Source of the DNA: Haliotis rufescens
Taxonomy: Eukaryota
DNA length: 64,000 nucleotides
Direction of reading: 5' to 3'
Assembly (NCBI RefSeq): GCF_023055435.1
Contig: NW_025964179.1
Span: forward strand, 558,001-622,000
How positions within the stretch are numbered: position 1 is the first letter of the stretch; every line of letters starts with the position of its first letter. The notes beneath the pieces were generated by a model. The model saw only the letters and a program-made list of their open reading frames with translations, did no database searches and was not told where the DNA came from. Position numbers and translations under genes: made by a program. Below are positions 62,501 to 64,000 of this stretch, piece by piece.

Positions 62501-63500
62501 GGTGTGTATAAGAGACCTGGTGTGTATGAGAGATGAGATGAGACCTGGTGTGTATGAGAAAATGGTATGTATAAGAGACCTGGTGTGTATAAGAGACCTG
62601 GTGTGTATAAGAGAGCTGGTGTGTATGAGAGATGAGAACTGGTGTGTATAAGTGATGACACCTGGTGTGTATAAAAGATGAGACCTGGTGTGTATGTATA
62701 TTAGACCTGGTGTGTATGAGAGATGAGACCTGGTGTATATGAGAAAATGGTATGTATATGAGACCTGGTGTGTATGAGAAAATGGTACCGGTATGTATAA
62801 AAGACCTGGTGTGTATGAGAGATGAGACCTGGTGTGTGTGAGCAAATGGTATGTATATGAGACCTGGTGTGTATGAGAGACCTGGTGTGTATGAGAGATG
62901 AGACCTGGTGTGTGTGAGCAAATGGTATGTATATGAGACCTGGTGTGTATGAGAGACCTGGTGTGTATGAGAAAATGGTATGTATAAGAGACCTGGTGTG
63001 TATGTATAAGAGACCTTGTGTGTATGTATAAGCCTGGTGTGTATGAGAGATGAGACCTGGTGTGTATGTATAAGCCTGGTGTGTATGAGAGACCAGGTTA
63101 GTATTCTTCCAATAGATTTTGTGCTTGTGTCTGTTGGAGGAAATACAGTATTTAAGTTGTGTTGAAGAGTTTGTGCTTGTTAAAGCTGCCATTGTGCAGA
63201 TGACCCCCTACAGCTGTGAAACATTTTGTACTCTTTCAGTAAGACTATCTGCCAATCAGTGACTTTTTCAATTTGGTCGTGAATATTGTCGCTGTCAATA
63301 TAGCAAACAGTTTCCTTTCCAGACACAGTGGGCAACTCAACTGAGAGTACGACGGTAGATGGGATCAACTTGGACGAGATAAAAGAGTTCGCTCGGCAGT
63401 TCAAGATTCGTCGATTGTCCCTGGGACTGACCCAGACGCAGGTGGGACAAGCCCTCAGCGCCACCGAGGGGCCAGCTTACAGTCAGTCAGCGATTTGTCG
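11475..63500 (+). CDS. POU6F2: POU class VI homeobox transcription factor (POU6F1/POU6F2/pdm3-like), multi-exon, 3' end outside window; join(11475..11573,39812..40007,41478..41660,53537..53701,56930..57069,59405..59666,61075..61170,63323..63500)
   Basis: The last exon translates to VDGINLDEIKEFARQFKIRRLSLGLTQTQVGQALSATEGPAYSQSAICR, the class VI POU-specific domain. All 8 exons have canonical splice dinucleotides and compatible phases (0,1,1,1,0,1,1,2), giving 1319 nt with no stop. The upstream exons encode a Q/A/S/T-rich region with LLTTSNGQII and LLSTGAQGQLL, resembling the NAQGQ(V/I)IG motifs of vertebrate POU6 proteins. Confidence 0.9.
13057..13411 (-). mobile_element. tRNA-derived SINE family D (~350 bp, resembles mollusc RUDI/MESC/MD-type SINEs, (CACCT)n tail)
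   Basis: B box ggttcgatccc; body cataccaaaagacgttaaaagatggtac...ggactggttggctcggagtcag...gctagcactata; near-identical to 50080-50436; imperfect TSD tcccc(a/g)tg(t/c)tgag. Confidence 0.9.
13765..13916 (-). mobile_element. SINE family A, degraded
   Basis: Reverse complement similarity to 3961-4129. Confidence 0.8.
14325..14486 (+). mobile_element. SINE family B, deleted/degraded
   Basis: ggttcgaatcccgg...ttcaccaaagtggtaa...ctggaatactgttc...actcactc. Confidence 0.7.
15117..15992. repeat. 79-bp tandem repeat (~11 copies)
   Basis: Unit tgtttattacagtgaatatggtgtatataattatatggtgcatttcatcaagtattgacaattttgtaatagccagggg. Confidence 0.95.
16237..16602. mobile_element. hAT-like MITE
   Basis: TIRs TAGGGCTGGGAC / ATCCCAGCCCTA; 8-bp TSD gtgtcaag / gtgtcagg; subterminal acccg-rich motifs. 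Confidence 0.85.
16838..17020 (+). mobile_element. SINE family B, old degraded 3' part
   Basis: gtcagcacca...gggtttcaccgtagtggtaaacg...ctgaaatactgttc...actcactc. Confidence 0.6.
18030..18472. repeat. 28-bp minisatellite (~16 copies)
   Basis: Unit agcttggggtagaatgttcatacaagta. Confidence 0.95.
18613..19492. repeat. 46-bp GC-rich minisatellite (~19 copies)
   Basis: Unit caagtaggccccgcgcagcatgtcttgtctgcatcttcaccgccaa, nearly homogeneous. Confidence 0.97.
20220..20505 (-). mobile_element. SINE family B, full length
   Basis: Reverse complement of 8044-8323. Confidence 0.9.
20510..20818 (+). mobile_element. SINE family D, degraded
   Basis: atggtacttgttgttaccc...gtgtctgagtggggtatccatgttgaactgcggcatgg...ccccatttcacatcac. 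Confidence 0.8.
21515..23617. repeat. 48-bp minisatellite (~44 copies)
   Basis: Unit gtgatacagtgtcatagcccacgtct(a/g)(t/c)c(a/t)gattcagaaccctcagt(t/a). Explains the 710 and 718 aa ORFs on both strands. Confidence 0.98.
24503..24722 (-). mobile_element. Retroposon family C
   Basis: Reverse complement of the family C core and tail. Confidence 0.8.
25398..25553 (+). mobile_element. SINE family B, 5'-truncated
   Basis: aggtttgtcagcatcatacc...aaagcggcattaaacccaactcactcactc. Confidence 0.85.
26282..27740. repeat. 15-bp minisatellite (~97 copies)
   Basis: Unit acaggacatat(c/t)c(c/a)c. Explains three overlapping ~500 aa ORFs. Confidence 0.98.
27960..28362. repeat. 20-bp minisatellite (~20 copies)
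   Basis: Unit gcccctgtggggattctgtg. Confidence 0.97.
28606..28708. mobile_element. Short MITE remnant with GGGCCCC termini
   Basis: cagggccccg ... ctttgtggatcgaggccccgg; terminus resembles those at ~1050-1070 and ~42700. Confidence 0.45.
29829..30075 (+). mobile_element. Retroposon family C
   Basis: gacccatgaagatcc...catgcttgtcgtaagaggcgactaacgggatc... then (aaac)n. Confidence 0.88.
30167..31767. repeat. 70/74-bp AT-rich tandem repeat (~22 copies)
   Basis: Unit acagatgcagaatcactgatctt(a/g)taca(g/t)aaaatacagatactatttacttggtattgtat(aaat)gt(a/t)ataaca. Confidence 0.97.
32139..32299 (+). mobile_element. SINE family A
   Basis: Family A body; TSD tcatgtc(a/c)gga. Confidence 0.88.
33160..33296 (-). 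mobile_element. Retroposon family C, 5'-truncated
   Basis: cactcagcaatattccagctatatgacg...cgagtctggaccagacaatccagtg. Confidence 0.82.
34455..34798. repeat. G23 run followed by a ~158-bp tandem duplication
   Basis: gtcaagtttgtcaaccc...ccttttaagtggggcatgg repeated at ~34486 and ~34644. Confidence 0.9.
34789..35058 (+). mobile_element. SINE family B
   Basis: Family B body; TSD tccttttaa. Confidence 0.88.
35811..35965 (+). mobile_element. SINE family A
   Basis: gggtagcctagtaggtaaagcgttcgctcgtcacgccgaagacc...aaaccatactcactc. Confidence 0.88.
36169..36334 (-). mobile_element. SINE family A
   Basis: Reverse complement of family A. Confidence 0.9.
36464..36631 (+). mobile_element. SINE family A
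   Basis: Family A body; TSD attcattatt. Confidence 0.9.
38895..39800. repeat. ~40-bp minisatellite with 79/80-bp dimer variants, abutting the exon 2 acceptor
   Basis: Recurring cagtggctacagtgttactatat; two sub-arrays with different dimers. Confidence 0.9.
39812..40007 (+). CDS. POU6F2: POU6 coding exon 2 (DVMLSATTTQSPLAP...DAKSEAN)
   Basis: Acceptor tttgtcttccag|, donor ATG|GTGAGT, GC-rich open frame, 196 nt, phase 0 to 1. Confidence 0.85.
40290..40913 (-). mobile_element. Second, partial copy of the hAT-like MITE seen at 16237-16602
   Basis: Reverse complement tgggctgggacaagtccatatttactaaccgggtaccc matches the 16237 left end; the internal tacactgaagtt...gaagctttatcttta.tcaaacat also matches. 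Confidence 0.82.
40448..40885. repeat. 33-bp G-rich minisatellite (~13 copies)
   Basis: Unit gggtagggtcgggtaatagggggttgggtaccc. Confidence 0.97.
40958..41123 (+). mobile_element. SINE family A
   Basis: Family A body; TSD tcatgcttt(t)aatca. Confidence 0.9.
41478..41660 (+). CDS. POU6F2: POU6 coding exon 3 (GAIHSLSGQTQLLGQPQVAAPQFFLASQAAAQ...QQLLIPVST)
   Basis: Acceptor tttttatcgtgtag|, donor CAG|GTCAGA, 183 nt, phase 1-1, Ala/Gln-rich. Confidence 0.85.
42380..42544 (+). mobile_element. SINE family A
   Basis: Near-consensus copy; TSD tcattataagg. Confidence 0.92.
42990..43400. repeat. 73-bp tandem repeat (~5 copies) with internal ggtgac/gtcacc hairpin
   Basis: Unit attggtggtgactctattgaccatcggtttgtcacctgtctgtttagtgaatgttcgtacctcagtgatacgg. 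Confidence 0.92.
43405..43640. repeat. 42-bp tandem repeat (~5.5 copies)
   Basis: Unit gtcttgcggctgactattgtcctcttagctggaaatgctgaa. Confidence 0.93.
44039..44175. mobile_element. Short palindromic MITE
   Basis: atctcaccc...tcttttgatatcaaatata and tatatttgacatcaaaaga...ggttgagat form inverted arms. Confidence 0.6.
45470..45729 (-). mobile_element. Retroposon family C, near full length
   Basis: Minus strand starts cacccgtgaagatgcggggtagaataggtcttc... and ends ggcattaaacaacaaacaaac. Confidence 0.9.
45928..46188 (+). mobile_element. SINE family B
   Basis: Family B body; TSD tcaattc(a/g)gtcta. Confidence 0.9.
46275..46636 (-). repeat. tRNA-like sequence (46337-46434, minus strand) between ~60-bp direct repeats
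   Basis: Minus strand ggtggctgagtgggttagatcg...gtgggttcgagtcccggaca has A and B boxes; acaaatgttatat.tgggatta...gtagtactttt at 46275 and 46564. Confidence 0.55.
46913..47206. other. Assembly gap (N run), preceded by a CA/CT microsatellite
   Basis: Run of n. Confidence 1.
49130..49520. repeat. Complex (ACTC)n-based low-complexity repeat
   Basis: actcactcact(aagcaa/ctgc) modules. Confidence 0.9.
50080..50436 (+). mobile_element. SINE family D, full length
   Basis: gaccgcctccatggtctagcggtagagcg...ggttcgatcccc...gacgcgacgttaaaccccatttcacctcacctca. Confidence 0.92.
50705..51085 (+). mobile_element. 5S rRNA-derived SINE (SINE3-like) with CORE/Deu-like body
   Basis: 50714-50759 cgaagttaagcaacgtcg...agtagttggatgggtgacc resembles the 5S internal control region (A and C boxes). 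Then gtgtctccttaggcaagtgactt...gtgggtaccc...ccagggagctgag. A second body fragment lies at ~49975-50055. Confidence 0.72.
51229..51517. other. Assembly gap (N run)
   Basis: Run of n. Confidence 1.
52365..52971. mobile_element. MITE with ~80-bp TIRs and 9-bp TSD (Mutator-like by TSD length)
   Basis: caatctcattcaaatcagatctaagttctcgct...acgggtcacgtca / tgacgtgacccgt...agcgagaactaagatctgattttatgagattg; exact TSD GGTTTTTAT at 52356-52364 and 52972-52980. Confidence 0.92.
53017..53244. repeat. 28-bp minisatellite (~8 copies)
   Basis: Unit ctgagccaagtcccccttaaagtagcat. Confidence 0.96.
53537..53701 (+). CDS. POU6F2: POU6 coding exon 4 (GNGTQQFISIPVSLATGGNQQIQLLTTSNGQIIATNL...GLAGVT)
   Basis: Acceptor ccttcattatacag|, donor CAG|GTAAAC, 165 nt, phase 1-1. 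Not called in this frame by the ORF track. Confidence 0.85.
53976..54224 (+). mobile_element. Retroposon family C, just downstream of a SINE A 5' fragment (53873-53960)
   Basis: gacccgtgaaaatgtggggtagaattagg...gcggcgttaaacaacaaacaaacaa. Confidence 0.88.
54330..55400. repeat. Diverged ~640-bp tandem duplication
   Basis: gctaaatta..., aatgtaaggg.gaagttgg, ggcattcccaaagacata and caagattctt...atggccgc recur at an offset of about 640-680 bp. Confidence 0.75.
55980..56370. repeat. 30/33-bp minisatellite, lying between two family C remnants
   Basis: Unit gtgataaca(gg/tc)aatatgtcatgtgtcac(aa). Confidence 0.92.
56688..56827 (+). mobile_element. SINE family A, internally deleted
   Basis: gggtagcctagtggtaaaagcg...ggttcgattcccc...aaaaccatactca. 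Confidence 0.85.
56930..57069 (+). CDS. POU6F2: POU6 coding exon 5 (AGSVSSPASHHGSSSSSSHAVSSQLAAALPQLLSTGAQGQLLALGTQ)
   Basis: Tandem acceptor ttcCAG|CAG|, donor CAG|GTAGGT, phase 1 to 0. Confidence 0.85.
57075..58255. repeat. 48-bp minisatellite (~24 copies) starting at the exon 5 donor
   Basis: Unit ttacagcatagctgaggagatactggtggtagtggggtgttatgattg. Confidence 0.97.
58817..59357 (+). mobile_element. Two tandem SINE family B copies (old 58817-59059; young 59071-59357)
   Basis: Family B bodies; the younger copy has TSD tcatgt(a/c)ga. Confidence 0.88.
59405..59666 (+). CDS. POU6F2: POU6 coding exon 6 (VLTPVSVAQVNNSS...TSNGLPPSVSQLLP)
   Basis: Branch-point-like CTAAT, then tttctcctcaatatag| acceptor; donor CAA|GTAAGT; 262 nt, phase 0 to 1. 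Confidence 0.87.
61075..61170 (+). CDS. POU6F2: POU6 coding exon 7, probable cassette exon (KKSTVSLPLTLPAPKTVLTSNGLPTSISELMP)
   Basis: Acceptor ttttttctgcacctgttttgaag|, consensus donor CAG|GTAAGT, 96 nt, symmetric phase 1-1, open frame. Its C-terminal 14 aa resemble the end of exon 6. Confidence 0.72.
62335..63095. repeat. Complex 20-25 bp minisatellite
   Basis: Module gagacctggtgtgtat(g/a)aga(gat). Confidence 0.95.
63323..63500 (+). CDS. POU6F2: POU6 exon encoding the N-terminal part of the POU-specific domain
   Basis: Acceptor tttcctttccag|; TVGNSTESTTVDGINLDEIKEFARQFKIRRLSLGLTQTQVGQALSATEGPAYSQSAIC(R); donor CG|GTAAGA, phase 2. Confidence 0.96.
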
Positions 63501-63589
63501 GTAAGACGCCGCCACCCTGCAGATGGGATATTGGCTGGGTTGAGTTTGTCAGGGCTTTGTGGTGAAAGGGAGGTAATCATGTTTTCATG

Positions 63590-64000
63590 GAATCAATTTA
63601 AACTTAGCTGAAACGGAGGTAGGTGTTGTTTCCGGAGCAGAACTAAAAAACTTTTCAACATTTGTCATCCAAACTTGGTACCTATATTTTTCAAGGGCTG
63701 AAGTTATACCTTTAGCTGTTTAGGAATTTAAAAAAACATTTTTTTCCTGTTTCCACGGCAACAACTTTGACTCTGTTCATAGTGGTGTGTTTGTCCGGCC
63801 ATATCTCTAAAACTAATTCATACTCTTTCTTGAAACTGTACACACACAAAGACCAGGTTGTCAACTGGTGCCTTTTGCTATTTAGGAATTTTAAGAAAAA
63901 TAATAAATCTTGTTTCCATGGCAACATGTTTAACTTTGACTCTGTTCATAGTGGTGTGTTTGTCTACTCCAGGCCATATTTCTAAAACTAATAGGTATTC
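63590..64000. repeat. Repeat with ~170-bp internal tandem units (possibly a Helitron/HINE-type non-autonomous element), truncated by the window end
   Basis: tttaggaattt...tgtttcca.ggcaac...actttgactctgttcatagtggtgtgtttgtc...ggccatat.tctaaaactaat occurs twice. Confidence 0.55.

Noticed and set aside
63180-63464. 94 aa minus-strand ORF
   Set aside because: Antisense shadow of the POU-specific domain exon.

Overview
AT-rich, repeat-dense eukaryotic (animal) genomic DNA. The SINE repertoire suggests a mollusc, possibly a gastropod such as abalone; this is an inference. Almost none of the supplied ORFs are real genes, and the longest ones are tandem repeats read in frame. The window holds the 5' and middle part of one large + strand gene, a class VI POU transcription factor (POU6F1/F2, pdm3-like). 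I assembled 8 phase-compatible GT-AG coding exons: 11475-11573, 39812-40007, 41478-41660, 53537-53701, 56930-57069, 59405-59666, 61075-61170 and 63323-63500. Together they give 1319 nt (about 439 aa), ending inside the POU-specific domain at ...SQSAICR; the rest of the gene lies beyond the window. The introns contain four short retroposon families with a related 3' tail, a 5S-rRNA-derived SINE, several MITEs with clear TIRs and TSDs, Penelope-like ends with hammerhead-like motifs, about 15 minisatellite arrays and two assembly gaps. Most notable observations: (i) a retroposon family with no tRNA head whose shared 5' end can fold into a compact pseudoknot (candidate self-cleaving ribozyme); (ii) a symmetric 96-nt POU6 exon that duplicates the motif just before the POU domain; (iii) a G-quadruplex-prone minisatellite that arose inside a hAT-like MITE; (iv) a probable bidirectional promoter near 1.4-1.6 kb.
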